A program made the translations under genes and the position numbers. A stretch of 64,000 bases of DNA from Utricularia gibba (taxonomy: Eukaryota > Plantae > Magnoliophyta): the NCBI GenBank assembly GCA_002189035.1, contig NEEC01000008.1:1612001-1676000 (forward strand). The letters run 5' to 3'. Under the pieces are notes generated by a model. The model saw nothing but the letters and a program-made list of their open reading frames with translations. It had not been told where the DNA came from and did no database searches. Positions 11,884-23,610 of this stretch are shown here, piece by piece (the first letter of the stretch is position 1; every line of letters begins with the position of its first letter).

Positions 11884-12600
11884 ATGTCGACGTCCCCTTC
11901 CGATGGGCCACACGGCGGAGCTGGCCCCACAACCAATAAGAAGCCCCCCGCTAAAGACAGACACAGCAAAGTCGACGGACGGGGGCGGCGTATCCGTATG
12001 CCTATAATCTGCGCCGCCAGGGTTTTCCAGCTTACCCGGGAACTCGGGCACAAGTCCGATGGCCAGACAATTGAGTGGCTCCTCCGTCAGGCCGAACCCT
12101 CCATTATCGCTGCCACCGGGACTGGCACTACTCCGGCAACTTTCTCCACCGTCTCCCCTGCTTCCACCTCTGATAACAACAAGCCACACTTCCATTCCCC
12201 TGCCCCGTTTCTTCTAGGAAAACGCCTCCGGCCGGAGGACCACGAGGATGCGGAGCTCTCTAAAGACGATGTTAACGCCCCTGCTTCTTCTTCCCCTGCT
12301 CCTGGCCCTGCTGCAGGCTTCTGGGCGTTGCCTGCACGTGCTGATTTTGGCCAAGTTTGGAGCTTTGCACCACACCCAGAAATGGTGTTTAACAATTCCC
12401 CTCATCTTACACACCCATCTTCGTTGAGATTCTTGCAACAGCAGCAGCAGCAGCAGCCATTGGCGTTGAATGAAGCCTCGGCTGCGAGAGTGGGTAACTA
12501 CATTCCCATCGCTCAAGTACCGGGGCACCACCTCAATTTACTTGCATCACTTTCCGGCGGGGCTCCCCAGTCGTCCGAACAACGAAGAACCGCAGACTGA
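11884..12600 (+). CDS. TCP7: Class I TCP transcription factor, TCP7/TCP21 type
   Basis: TCP domain [59 protein letters not shown], plus DFGQVWSFA and [10 protein letters not shown] motifs; intronless. Confidence 0.93.
   Translation: MSTSPSDGPHGGAGPTTNKKPPAKDRHSKVDGRGRRIRMPIICAARVFQLTRELGHKSDGQTIEWLLRQAEPSIIAATGTGTTPATFSTVSPASTSDNNKPHFHSPAPFLLGKRLRPEDHEDAELSKDDVNAPASSSPAPGPAAGFWALPARADFGQVWSFAPHPEMVFNNSPHLTHPSSLRFLQQQQQQQPLALNEASAARVGNYIPIAQVPGHHLNLLASLSGGAPQSSEQRRTAD
12436..12456 (+). repeat. CAA(CAG)6 microsatellite encoding polyQ7
   Basis: caacagcagcagcagcagcag in frame within the TCP CDS. Confidence 0.9.
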
Positions 12601-13553
12601 TCGATGAATTGAGCTTCACCCGCAATCCCTCCCCTGAGACGCCCATTGTCAACACCAATCTAGAATGGATGGAAAATTCTGTCAGCGTTCATCTCAATCT
12701 GTGCTGCGTTTTTGCTGGTTTGTTTAGGACAAGTCCCTTGTTACAGGGATCTGCTTGCTTTCCTTTTGTGTTTCTGAGTGCGTGAGTTGGTTGCTTTGGT
12801 CTCGGTGAAACAAACGATCACGATCCAGATGCAGTGGCTGGTCGGAGAGTCAGAGGTTTGCTTCCCTCGAGACGCTTCACGTTGAGGTATTCCAATTGGT
12901 GCAACATTTTTCGGACAATAAATGAGATTTCTTCCCCATTGTCTAATCCTTATCTTCGAGAAAGAATTCCAGCTCATTCAAAAAAAAGAAAAAAAAACCT
13001 GGTAATTTATTAGGAACGTCAATGGATTTTGGCATAGTGATTAATCAGTTTTTTAGTTTTAATTAATTAACAGATTTTCAAAATCCAAATAATTTGGAAT
13101 TTCACACCGATATTTAGTGGTTATGTTTCAATAATTTTCTAAATTGATTTTTTTTTTAATTTTTGAAAAATTTAAACTTTAACGGTTTATAATAAAATCA
13201 GAAATAAAGATTTTATAATTAATTTTAGAAATTATTGAATTTTTTAAATAATTAAATACGATATTAATTAAAAATATATTATTTAATTTTTAATTTTTAT
13301 AACTTTATATTATACCATAAAAATATTTTTATAATATCAAACTAATTTTATTATATATAATTTAAAGGTCTTTAGTCTTTTTTAGGGGTGAAGTTGTGAT
13401 TTCCTGAAGTATGAGGGTGTTCTTGAAAAAGCTTAAATTTTTGTGGAGGTCGAAAGTGAAGATTGTTTTTGCTGAAAATGGGATGTTGAAAGAAAACAGC
13501 TCGCCCATGAGTCTTGACGCATCGAGTGGAATTTTCGTGGACGTCGGTAGGTG

Positions 13554-14767
13554 ATGATGGCTTCGCAGTGGCTGTCGTCTACCTCATTTGCGCCGCCGTT
13601 GGGGGTAAGTTTAATTCAAGTGGCAATTTCCACTTTCAGCAGCCGTCTTTGCTGATTTCTGTCACGTCATATTGTTTTCACTTTCAGCAGTCGTCTCGAC
13701 GTAAGACTGCCACGCTAGGCAACGGGCGTTTCTTGCTCTCCCCGCTTTCGGTGAAGGATAACTCATTTGGGGTTTCTTGTGGGTTTAAGCCGCTTGAGGC
13801 TTGTTTCCCTAATCTTGAGCAGGAACCTATTCTTAAGGAAGCGTTAAAGGTATATTTCTAGATCCGTTCGCATATTCACTGAAGCCCTCTGTATACCGGA
13901 ACTGAGTTCATCTCTTTACCCAAGTTCATTGAATTAAATTACTCCGGTACTTCATAATGACCCAGATAGAATCCTTCTCTAATTAAACTGATGTACTGAT
14001 TTTCTTGTGTTGTTAACGGGTATTGGTTACGAATTAGCCTGTAAGTTTACTAATAAAACTGCTCTGGTTAATAGCTCTGTTGTTGCATGAAAAGGTTTGA
14101 GAAGCTCATGGCTAGCTTGCTGAATGTACTGTGGAATCTTATTGTATTTTATACAGTGAATGATTCTAGCTTAACCGTGCCATCGCTAAAATCGGTGAAG
14201 TATGTCTAGATGGTGGTTTAGCTGGTGTTAATTATTGAGACTGAAGGCCAAGCCGATGACGTTGGATGATTGTGTGTTCAAAAGTCAGATGTTCATACTA
14301 CTGTTTCTTCATCCAGAATTTTCATTTTCTCTTATTTGCTTCCATAAACCCAATGCGTATATTCCAACAGCCTATAGTACCTTGCCGATATGCAGTTTGT
14401 TTTCATATCAAACGGATATGAAGGAGAGTAGGCAAAAAAGCATGTAGCTAGCTTCTGAAACACTATGTAGCAGATGGATGTGAACTTTTAAGGCCTATCT
14501 TTGCTAAGGTTTTTTATTTGAAGCCACAAACTTGAGCTATTCCTGAATAGATTGCTAACAACAGGACTTATACTTGAGCGCTGAAACTTGCAGGAGCCAG
14601 TTGCCTTTCTGGGAGGGGTGTTTGCAGGGCTTCTAAGGCTGGACTTGAGTGAAGAGCCTCTGAGGGAGTGGGTGACAACAACAATTGAAGCCTCTGGGAT
14701 CAATGCAGATGAGGCTGATGCAGCAGGAGAAGGGGATGAAGCGCCACTGCAGATAGAGATTGAATGA
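13554..14767 (+). CDS. UPF0426 chloroplast protein (At1g28150-like), 3 exons
   Basis: MMASQWLSSTSFAPPLG|QSSRRK...EQEPILKEALK|EPVAFLGGVFAGLLRLDLSEEPLREWVTTTIEASGI...PLQIEIE*, with GT-AG introns. Confidence 0.85.
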
Positions 14768-14863
14768 ATCATCTTCTGATATGTTCAATTCGCTGTTACT
14801 GAACTTTCTCTCGTTATTGACTGATGAAGCAAGCAGTAACCTGAATGTTCTCGAAGCTTGAAA

Positions 14864-15065
14864 GGGAATGTTTGCTAGATGGTTTGGAGTTCCTTTTGAA
14901 AGTATTTTATTTAGTATAATTATTTGATAATAAGATTTAAATTAAATCAAATTAAATGTAAATTAATTTTAGTTATATATATATTTATTAAAAATAGAAG
15001 GAAAATTGTATTCATAGTAAATTTTTTATATGTATTTATTTAATATATCTAAATTTAAATGCATT
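14864..15065. mobile_element. Possible truncated MITE end related to the TGTTTGATAGG family
   Basis: gggaatgtttgctaga resembles the gggagtgtttgatagg terminus at 60432 and is followed by a very AT-rich tract. No second terminus was found. Confidence 0.3.
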
Positions 15066-15345
15066 TTCTTTTCTAAATAATTTTAATTACTTCTAAAGGC
15101 CCAACCCCAAGGGCCCGAGGGGTTAAATTTGGAACTGTGAAACTGTAATGAAGAAATGATGCGCTGTTGAGGGTTTCTCTTCTGGATTCTTTGGATCGCT
15201 CAATTTCTGCTTCTGTATAGACAGATTCTTGTCGGGTGATCACAAGAGCGCTCGAGTTCAGGATTCGTATTTGGATTTCTGATTCGCTGTAATTCGATTC
15301 TACCTGTTTATTGTGTTGATTGGGAGGATAGCAAATTAAGGGTCG

Positions 15346-17801
15346 ATGGATTTGGACCAGTGGCTCGCTAGGGTGAAAGAGGGCCAGCACCTGGCTGAAG
15401 ACGAGCTTCAGTTTCTCTGCGAATACGTATCTACTTGATCTTGCTATCTTTTGCTATTTCACTCTGCATGATCTCCTCCATGTGTCTCTTCCATAAAATA
15501 TTTTTTAACCCGCAGTTTACTTTTTTTTAATCCATTTTACTGATGTTTGATACAATTTGGGAGCTTTTTGACTTGATATTCTGCAACTTTGGGATTTTCC
15601 CGTCATCATTATGGCCGGGCGTTGTTTGGCTAGTTCGATGAGCTGTGGTTGTGTTTTTAGCAAACTCATTTTATGGTGAAATGCACAATACGGCTTGTGG
15701 AAGTGCTCATATTTAATTGAATCCTGATTTTTCAGGTAAAGGAGATTTTGATTGAAGAGTCCAATGTCCAGCCTGTCAATAGTCCTGTCACAGTTTGTGG
15801 AGATATTCATGGCCAGTTTCACGATTTAATAAAACTTTTTCATACCGGAGGCCATGTACCTGAGACAAATTACATTTTCATGGTATATTGTATTTGAGTT
15901 GTTTCTTCTTTTTGCTTAAATTTCTCATGGTATCTCATTATTATCATTTATCGTATGGCGCTTTTCAGGGAGATTTTGTTGATCGTGGTTATAATAGTTT
16001 AGAAGTTTTCACTATCCTTTTGCTTCTTAAAGCAAGGTATGTGCAATTTATGGAATATTTGTTGGTAGTGGGTTAATGTAATTGCCGCTCAGAAAGTCAA
16101 CTTTAATATATATTATAGAAATATTGCTGCGGACCATGTTTTGTGAAAATTTAGAGAAATTATGGCTGCGTAGTATTGGAACTTTTGCTCCTGTTACATG
16201 ATAACGTGGACCAGCTTTTGGAAGAAGAATCCTTTGCATCTAGTTGTGGTTAAAGGAACATAGATGATCCGTTATACCTTCTCTCCATTGTTTGGTGTCT
16301 TTAAAGTATGGTTCTTTTTCTATGACCCAGATACCCTGCAAACATTACCCTCCTACGAGGAAATCATGAAAGTCGTCAATTGACCCAGGTAAAAAGAGAT
16401 GTTAACATAACACTCCTTCCGAATAATCATGAATGACACTTTTTTTTTGTTTGTCTCTGCGTTTGGCTATTGTGCCATGTCATTTGATAGATTTTGATGT
16501 AGTGGTTCCGCTTTCTATTGTTTAGGAATTTTTTTGGGAGACATTATTTTCTTTCATTCTGAGTCCGATCATGTGTTGCTGAGAGTTCATATCCTTTTAA
16601 TTTCTTTTTCTAATGCTTCAGTTCGTACCTGATAGGTTTATGGATTCTATGACGAATGTCAAAGAAAGTATGGAAATGCAAATGCCTGGAGATATTGCAC
16701 TGATGTGTTTGACTATCTAACACTGTCAGCAATTATTGATGGAACAGTACACTTTTTACTTTTTGTTACAATACATACTATTTAGATTGAAAAAAAAAAT
16801 TTTGTTCTCGCTGCTAAAACAGTGTTACAGATTATATATTATTAAAGCTATAAAATTTAAATTTTGTTATCCCGCTTTCACTTCATAATATTTACACTTC
16901 TAGTAATAAATCACTAGGGTTTTCATGTCTTAGGTCCTATGTGTGCATGGTGGCCTATCCCCAGATATTAGAACAATTGATCAGGTTAGACTGACCTCTC
17001 TATGTTTTTTAGAAATAAGCGGTGTTTCCACACCTTTTGAGATTGTCGCAATGTTGAAGTTATGAATGTCGTCAGATTAGAGTCATTGAAAGAAATTGTG
17101 AAATCCCGCATGAAGGACCCTTTTGCGACTTAATGTGGAGTGATCCAGAAGACATTGAAACTTGGGCTGTCAGTCCTCGAGGGGCTGGGTGGCTATTTGG
17201 GTCCAGAGTGACATCTGAGGTGGGTTATGCCCGTGGTGGTGTGTGGTAGAGCCTTTTTTATGTTCACTTAATCTTACCAGTTTTTATCTGTTTCGTTGAT
17301 GGTTATTTAAAAAGCAACTAATCGGTATTGTTTTTTCCAGTTCAATCATATCAACAAACTCGATCTTGTTTGTCGGGCACATCAGCTTGTGCAAGAAGGT
17401 CTAAAGTACATGTTTCAAGATAAAGGGCTCGTTACTGTGAGTTTCTGGCCCATTTCCAATGATATTCTATATCATTCTGGAACAGAGGGATCTTATTTTT
17501 GTTTTCCTTTTCACATTTACGTTCCACCAGGTCTGGTCAGCACCAAATTATTGCTATCGGTGTGGAAATGTGGCATCAATTCTGAGCTTCAATGAGAATA
17601 TGGTATGCTCCATGAATCAATCCTTAATTATATTACTACCACTATGAGCTCTGCTCGCTTGGCCCTGATGGATGCTCAGGCAGCCCTCATCTCAAGTGCT
17701 TTCTATTGTATCACCAGGAGAGATCGGTGAAGTTCTTCACAGAGACCGAGGAGAATAACCAGATGAGAGGACCTAGAACCGGAGTTCCATACTTCCTTTG
17801 A
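15346..17801 (+). CDS. FYPP: Ser/Thr protein phosphatase 6 catalytic subunit (phytochrome-associated FyPP)
   Basis: [30 protein letters not shown] motifs [17 protein letters not shown] and RGNHE, then [32 protein letters not shown] and the PP6-type C-terminus [11 protein letters not shown]. Confidence 0.96.
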
Positions 17802-18512
17802 CCGGTGTTTCAGGATACATCTCATCCCCCTGAATCAAAAACTGGTTTTGAACGATGAATCTGATGAAGCACACAGGTTTTCCTGTCGCTCGGCAACTTG
17901 ATGATTTTCATTGCTGTCAATGTTTATATGCATCCGGTGGAGGGGAGCGTTATTTTTGTTGGCCGTTTTGGCCACCATCAATTGCTTGAAGGATCATTCT
18001 CAGGATTAGGGGTGCTATGATTGATTATTCGTGCAACCAATGGATGCAAAGCTAGGACTTTGGTTCCCTGATGCATTTGTAGTAAGGCTATGGGAGTTTG
18101 TACGCGTGTGCTTATAATTTTTCCTCCATTGTCGATTGTGTTTACAACCAGGAGAAAAACACCGTCTCCATTGGCGATTTGCTTGTCTCGGGTATTAGAT
18201 TGGCAAAGTACCTGGTTTATAGACACATTATTCGTCTCTCATGCATTTGCAGAATACTTTGAATTTTAAAATTATTATAAATTGACTTTAGATTGTATTT
18301 AGTATCTTTAAGGCCCACTTCTTTTTGTATCGTCACACTAATAGCGGTGTTTCCGTGCTGTGTTCTTTCCGATGGCATCAAGGAACAGAACCTATTCCGA
18401 TGAGAAGAGAGATTGAGGACTCGGAATCCGTGACGTCGTCGGAAAAACAAATTTCATCGTGAAAGCTGTTAATGATGACCCTTTTCGGCTCGAGTGCATT
18501 CCCGCGCTGACG

Positions 18513-19805
18513 ATGAGTTGATTCTCATGCTTCTCCGCGAAACGGGCGACGATGCGACGTGCCGTCGAGGTCAAAGGCCGACCTCGGGAGCCTTGTCCGC
18601 CGTGTCGACAACCCCGAGGTCCGATTCTGCAGCAGCAACCGCCCCCTGGTAACGGGGGTTCCTTTGTTTCCTGATTCTCTTCATTTGTCGGTCCAAATGG
18701 ATCGCGTAACGCTGCCCAACTTTTTCCAGGACATCTGACGACAAGCAGCGAGCCCCCTTGAAAAGAAAACAACATTGCTGCTCAGGCATTCATCTTCAGG
18801 GAGTCAGCATCCGCCACCTGGAATTTCAGGCCAGAGTATCTCCTCGGAGAGGGCGGATTCGGCCGCGTTTACGAGGGCCGCCTCGCTAAATCGGATCAGG
18901 TTGGCTTGTCTAAATCTCAGCCATGTTTCGTCCACTGATCTTGGAACAAGGGTACATTACGTTTCTTTTGATTCGCCTTTCAGACAGTTGCAGTGAAGCA
19001 ATTAGACCAAAATTGTCACCAAGGAAACCGGGAGTTCCTTGTAGAAGTAATGATTCTCAGCCTCCTGCATCATCCACATATCGTCAACCTGACCGGATAC
19101 TGCGCTCACGGAGATAAGCGTCTGCTGGTGTATGAATTTATGGCACTGGAATCTCTTGAAGACCACCTTCTAGGTATATCAGGTTAACTGCTTCTCGTCT
19201 TCACAGTTGACACTGACCAAAATCCCAAGTACTCGCACGACAAAGCGAATCCTCCAGCCATCTAACGGGAGTTGAAGCCTTCTAACATTTTACTTGACAG
19301 TGAATACACTGCCAAACTATCAGATTTTGGGCTTGCAAAGCTGGGGCTGGTCGGAGGCAAATCATATCTTTCAACTAAAGTCATGGGCACATACGGGTAC
19401 TGCACTCCTGAGTACCAAAGAGCAGGTCAACTCTCCATGAAATCTGATGTTTATGGCTTCGGCGTTGTTCTACTGGAGCTGATCACCGGAAGGCGAGCCA
19501 TTGACACCATGCGGGGACCCTGATCAGAAGAATCTGGGTACATGGGTAGGCAAAAACTAGCAGTAGTCAGTTCTGTTCCGTTCACTGTCCAACTTTCTTC
19601 TCATCTTAATATGGCTTATAAGGCTGATCCAATTTTCAAGGACTCAAGCAGATTCCAGGAACTAGTTGATCCAGGACTTAAATGCCATTTCCCAGAGGAA
19701 AGTTTCAGTCAAGCGATTGCTGTTGCAGCAATGTGCCTGCAAGAAGATGCATCTACTCGCCCTCTGATCAGTGATGTCGTTACAGCGCTGAGCATCCTTC
19801 TGTAG
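18513..19805 (+). pseudogene. RLCK-VII (PBS1-like, PBL25/26-type) kinase pseudogene
   Basis: Kinase motifs [40 protein letters not shown] and [19 protein letters not shown] are present. Lesions: TGA at codon 3 (18519-21), TGA 18759-61, TAA 19263-65 in the catalytic loop (IYRDLK reads I*RELK), a deletion of the LDW..KGLE segment, and a +1 G near 19513-19516. Confidence 0.9.
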
Positions 19806-20362
19806 GCACCTGAAATCACAGGAAGTCCACCCCCGACCGAGAAAGTCGTGCTCCCTTGTTTAAAGAATATGTCAGCAAGTGCAGCACCATAAGGTGGCTG
19901 TGTAGCTTCTTAAGATAGGATCAATCAGTCCAAACATCAGGCCTGGTGAATCTCCAGTCTAACTTCCTTTTTCCTTCAGTCTCTGGTAGGATAAAGCTTA
20001 TGTAAACCAGAGGCTCAATGGACCGGCCTACGGCCAGAATATAGTAGCTAGAAGGAGGTGGTCCATCTTCAAGGAACGCAACAGGCTGTTGCCGAAGCTA
20101 TATGATGGGGTTCCAAGTTGAGGAACAACAGCGGGCACAGGAATTGATGATGAAGCATACCTTGGATTTGGACCCCGGCTTCTTTTCAAGCCTAGAGATA
20201 GGAAACGTAATGCAGACATTGAAGTTGTGCTTTGAAATTGGCCCGGAGATCTGGACAATGGTCAACTGAAGCAAACACAGTAACAGAAATGCTAACTCTA
20301 TGGAAAGATGAGGTAAAATCTCCTGCCTATCATACACAATCTCTGGTGAAGAGTCTTGGCGC

Positions 20363-21777
20363 CTATGAGGCGCATGGATTGTCTCCTTCAATTTTTGGCT
20401 CAGATTTTACTTGTTCAGCTTCAGAGTCAGTCCCCGAGGGGATGTTGATCCCCACAAAACCAATTAATATGGAAAGCGCCCCAACATAGTCTAACTTATT
20501 CGGTGTATTTCCAGTCAAGGTATCCACAATAGCAGCCAATGGAACCTGAATTGAAAGGCCAGCGGTTGCAACGGTGGTGGTGGTAAGGAGCACAGCCTTC
20601 GCCCATAAATAATCACTCAGCACGTTGTCCAGTAAACCTGAGTTTCAGAAGATCATTCAACACATAAAAGGTAAAATTTCAGGAAAATTCCATGAAATCT
20701 GAGATGCGGGAAAACAAAATGGCATTGATTTTAATCTTACCTTTACCAGTTATCATACCAATTTGCCTTGCGCTGAGATTGTAAATGGGTTCAAGCCTGG
20801 TGAAGTGTAGAACAAGAGCAACAGGAAGGAATATCAAAATGTTGAACAAGCCCAAAAAACCAAGGAACTGAGCCATGCTAGCTTGGCCTTGTTTTTCATT
20901 GTCTTCATCAGGCAACTTGATGCGAATCATTGTGATATACACAGCATAGAAACAAGAAGATATAAGTGCAAGAACGTCTCCAAGAACAGGATTTGAAGCA
21001 ACTCCATTTGATCCTGTTCCAGAGTCTCCAAGGCTAACAACCACCGTTCCTCCCATGCAAAGAAGAACACTGATAAGCTTCAGCCAAGTGAATTTCTCCT
21101 TGAGAAACAGCAGAGCTACTAAAAAGGTGAATAGGCTGGAAGTGCTGCTTAGAATCGTATTTGACTACAGAACATGAATGAACTATAAGTCAGATACGCA
21201 GATGACAAGTCCACCATGTAAGTAAAACATGAGCTTTCCCAAATCCTTACCGTAACTGTAGTGTACTTGAGAGAAAGATTAAATGTGAGTTGAGCAAGAA
21301 ACCAAAAAGGGCAAATGAAGAGGCCAACTTTTGCCACTCTCGAGCGCGTCCAGCGTCCCTTGGCATCCAATCCCGGACTCAAACCATCGCCCAGAGCGCT
21401 ATCATGCTCCAGAGCATCTACAACTCCCTGATCTTCTTGTGCAATACCGCCTACTAGATTGCTTCTGCTGATTTCATTAGCATTCTCATCATCGTCAAGA
21501 AGAATAACTTGATCAGAAGCATCTGACCCATGCAATCTGTGATCATCTCCCTTTTTCCGCCAAAACAGCAAACCCCATGCTTATCCTCCAAATAACGACT
21601 AATTTCAACAATAGGTATATACAACACGAATAAGGAATTGCAAATATAGGTCACAAGAAATGGTGAAACGCCCTCATCTACGACCTCCTGTACGACAAAG
21701 CTAGCAGCAATCCATATCACTGCTACAGCGAGTATGTATGACAATCCTAGAAACCATCTCCACATTGGGTTTTTCAT
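20363..21777 (-). CDS. SLC35F/EamA-like (THI74-like) transporter; 1-nt frameshift at 21573-21576
   Basis: MKNPMWRWFLGLSYILAVAVIWIAASFVVQ, FLVTYICNSLF, RVAKVGLFICPFWFLAQLTFNLSLKYTTVT, GDVLALISSCFYAVYITMIR, DNVLSDYLWAKAVLLTTTTVATAGLSIQVPLAA. Confidence 0.9.
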
Positions 21778-22194
21778 GAGAAGCGGTGTAAAAATGATGC
21801 AATAACGATCGATCAGTTCACAAAACCCATCCAAAAACCTTGGGTTTCGATCTGATTATCTGGAAAACAAAATAGGAAAAATTAAGAAGCATAACAGATT
21901 CACATACAGAAACACATCAAAAGCACCCTGCCGCGATTTGACACGGAGAAATCAACTAAAAACAAGCGGCATGCAGCAAATTCCCGTTACGCAAGCACGG
22001 CGATCATTAAAGAATCTCACATGGCGACGACAAACAAAATCCGCGTCACGGGAAGAACAACGCAGCGATCTTGCAGCAGAATGTACGAGGTCAAAAAACA
22101 CACGTCGTCTTAGTGAGCCTTGAGAAATTGGCCGGGTTGTCGTTATGTGTTGTTTTACTTTGATAGTAATTAAGTGGGAGACTTATTCTCATTC

Positions 22195-22267
22195 GGGGAT
22201 GTAGCTCAGATGGTAGAGCGCTCGCTTAGCATGCGAGAGGTACGGGGATCGATACCCCGCATCTCCA
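22195..22267 (+). tRNA. trnA-AGC: tRNA-Ala (anticodon AGC), 73 nt, intronless
   Basis: GGGGATGTAGCTCAGATGGTAGAGCGCTCGCTTAGCATGCGAGAGGTACGGGGATCGATACCCCGCATCTCCA folds as a cloverleaf with anticodon arm CTCGC-TT AGC AT-GCGAG. Confidence 0.97.
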
Positions 22268-22272
22268 TTCTC

Positions 22273-22278
22273 TTTTTT
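22273..22278 (+). terminator. Pol III oligo-T terminator
   Basis: T6 lies 5 nt downstream of the tRNA-Ala 3' end. Confidence 0.75.
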
Positions 22279-22360
22279 AAAGCATCTGGTCGATATTAAA
22301 CAACATAGCAGCATTCTTCCCGGGATTCCAATACGGCAATACCATCATCGCATATTTTCA

Positions 22361-22572
22361 AGCTTGCGGCACGGGTCGGGCCCGCACGGATACGGGTCCG
22401 ACCCACTGAGTCTAACGATGGCATACAAGTCATCACGGGTTGAACCCGTGACAGGTTGACCTTTGACCCGACTCATACCCATTGTGAGTAAATACAAGTC
22501 ACGGGCCGGGTCATCGACGGGTCAACTTGCCGGGTTAGCAGGGCGAGTTGACCGAGAATCGTGCCCACCTCT
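22361..22572. mobile_element. GC-rich hAT-like MITE remnant with ACCCG/CGGGT subterminal motifs
   Basis: Many cgggt/acccg motifs in both orientations, a perfect 9-bp inverted repeat tcacgggtt-g-aacccgtga (22433-22451), and a right end cgtgcccacctct (reverse complement AGAGGTGGGCACG) resembling hAT TIRs. Confidence 0.45.
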
Positions 22573-22589
22573 CAACGTTTGAGAGCATT

Positions 22590-23151
22590 CATTAATGTTT
22601 GGTATACCAAACCAAATACTCAAAATTTGTAAAAAATCATCTATAAAATTCAAACCAAATTATATGTTAATCGGAATATCAAATATCTAAATTATTTTAG
22701 TATCCAGTATTCGGTTCATAAAATTTCAAATTTTCAATCTCATTAAACATTAATTGCAAAATGTATCTGACATATTCAACATTTTGAAAAAATATATATA
22801 TAATATAATGCATAACACAAAGTTATAATATAATTGTAAAATGTGTCTGACATATTTAAAATATGAAAAGTTTTGATTTAATTCCACAAAGTAAAATACA
22901 AGAATTTCTAAATAGTATAAAATTCTAATAATTCTTAAATATATAATATATATTAAATTATTTAAATAATAATATAAACTTTGATTTATTCACTATATAT
23001 CAAATTATGTTTTATAATTTTAATACCAAATCAAATTCTAAAATTTTTTACAATCATCTACCGATCATATATCAAATAACTAATATCTATTCTAAATACC
23101 AAATAACATAAAATTAGTTGTGTAAAATTCCATTAATTTTGCACACCTCTA
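22590..23151. mobile_element. AT-rich hAT-like non-autonomous element remnant
   Basis: Ends in ttttgcacacctcta (reverse complement TAGAGGTGTGCAAAA, a hAT-type TIR), with aaaccaaa/tcggt motifs near the left part. The left TIR was not identified. Confidence 0.4.
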
Positions 23152-23610
23152 TCTCAACCTGGGACTCAACAATCATATTACACTCCCCTGGATAAGCAAG
23201 CAAGCATATTGATTGATGGGTGTTGACTGCCAGCCGCTTAAGGCGACCTCAAAGCCGCTCATTCTCGGCACAACATCTGAAGCTAAACTTCTACAACCAA
23301 CTTGATCATTGTATTTATCCCCAACAACGACTCTACTTGAGCCCACAAGCAACTTGATCATTGTGCTTATCCTCAATAGGCAATAGCATATGAAGGATAA
23401 GTGCTATTAGTTGTACCACAAAGTCCAATATGTCCGCAAGTGACCAATAATTTCCTTTCCTTCTGTATATGATAGTACTGTTAACTTATAATATGATAGT
23501 TTTCTTTGCTTATATGCCATAGCTTTCTTAGTTTGGTTTTTATGTGATGTATATGCACCTTTTCATTGATCAACACAACAACAACACTTTTCTCCAATCA
23601 TCTCTTCTAC
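23152..23610. mobile_element. LTR-retrotransposon remnants (PPT plus LTR start; possible solo LTR)
   Basis: The minus strand reads AGGGGAG followed directly by TGTAAT (23189 to 23177), the PPT-TG junction. 23401-23610 is LTR-like in composition and ends ...tcttctaca. No TSD was found. Confidence 0.35.
23294..23376 (+). repeat. 31-bp imperfect direct repeat, 2 copies
   Basis: caaccaacttgatcattgtatttatccccaa (23294-23324) versus caagcaacttgatcattgtgcttatcctcaa (23346-23376). Confidence 0.75.

Noticed and set aside
11696-12531. Long overlapping alternative and antisense ORFs around TCP7 (similar ones overlap NPF7.1, TBC, WDR5B and the F-box gene)
   Set aside because: Expected shadows of GC-rich coding sequence; often non-ATG starts and no recognisable motifs.
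22268-22360. Dicistronic tRNA-snoRNA or a tRNA-derived SINE
   Set aside because: The tRNA is canonical and followed at once by a T6 terminator; no C/D boxes or SINE body/tail.
23294-23376. Spaced direct repeats as a CRISPR-like array
   Set aside because: Only two imperfect copies, no cas genes, eukaryotic context; more likely part of a retroelement remnant.
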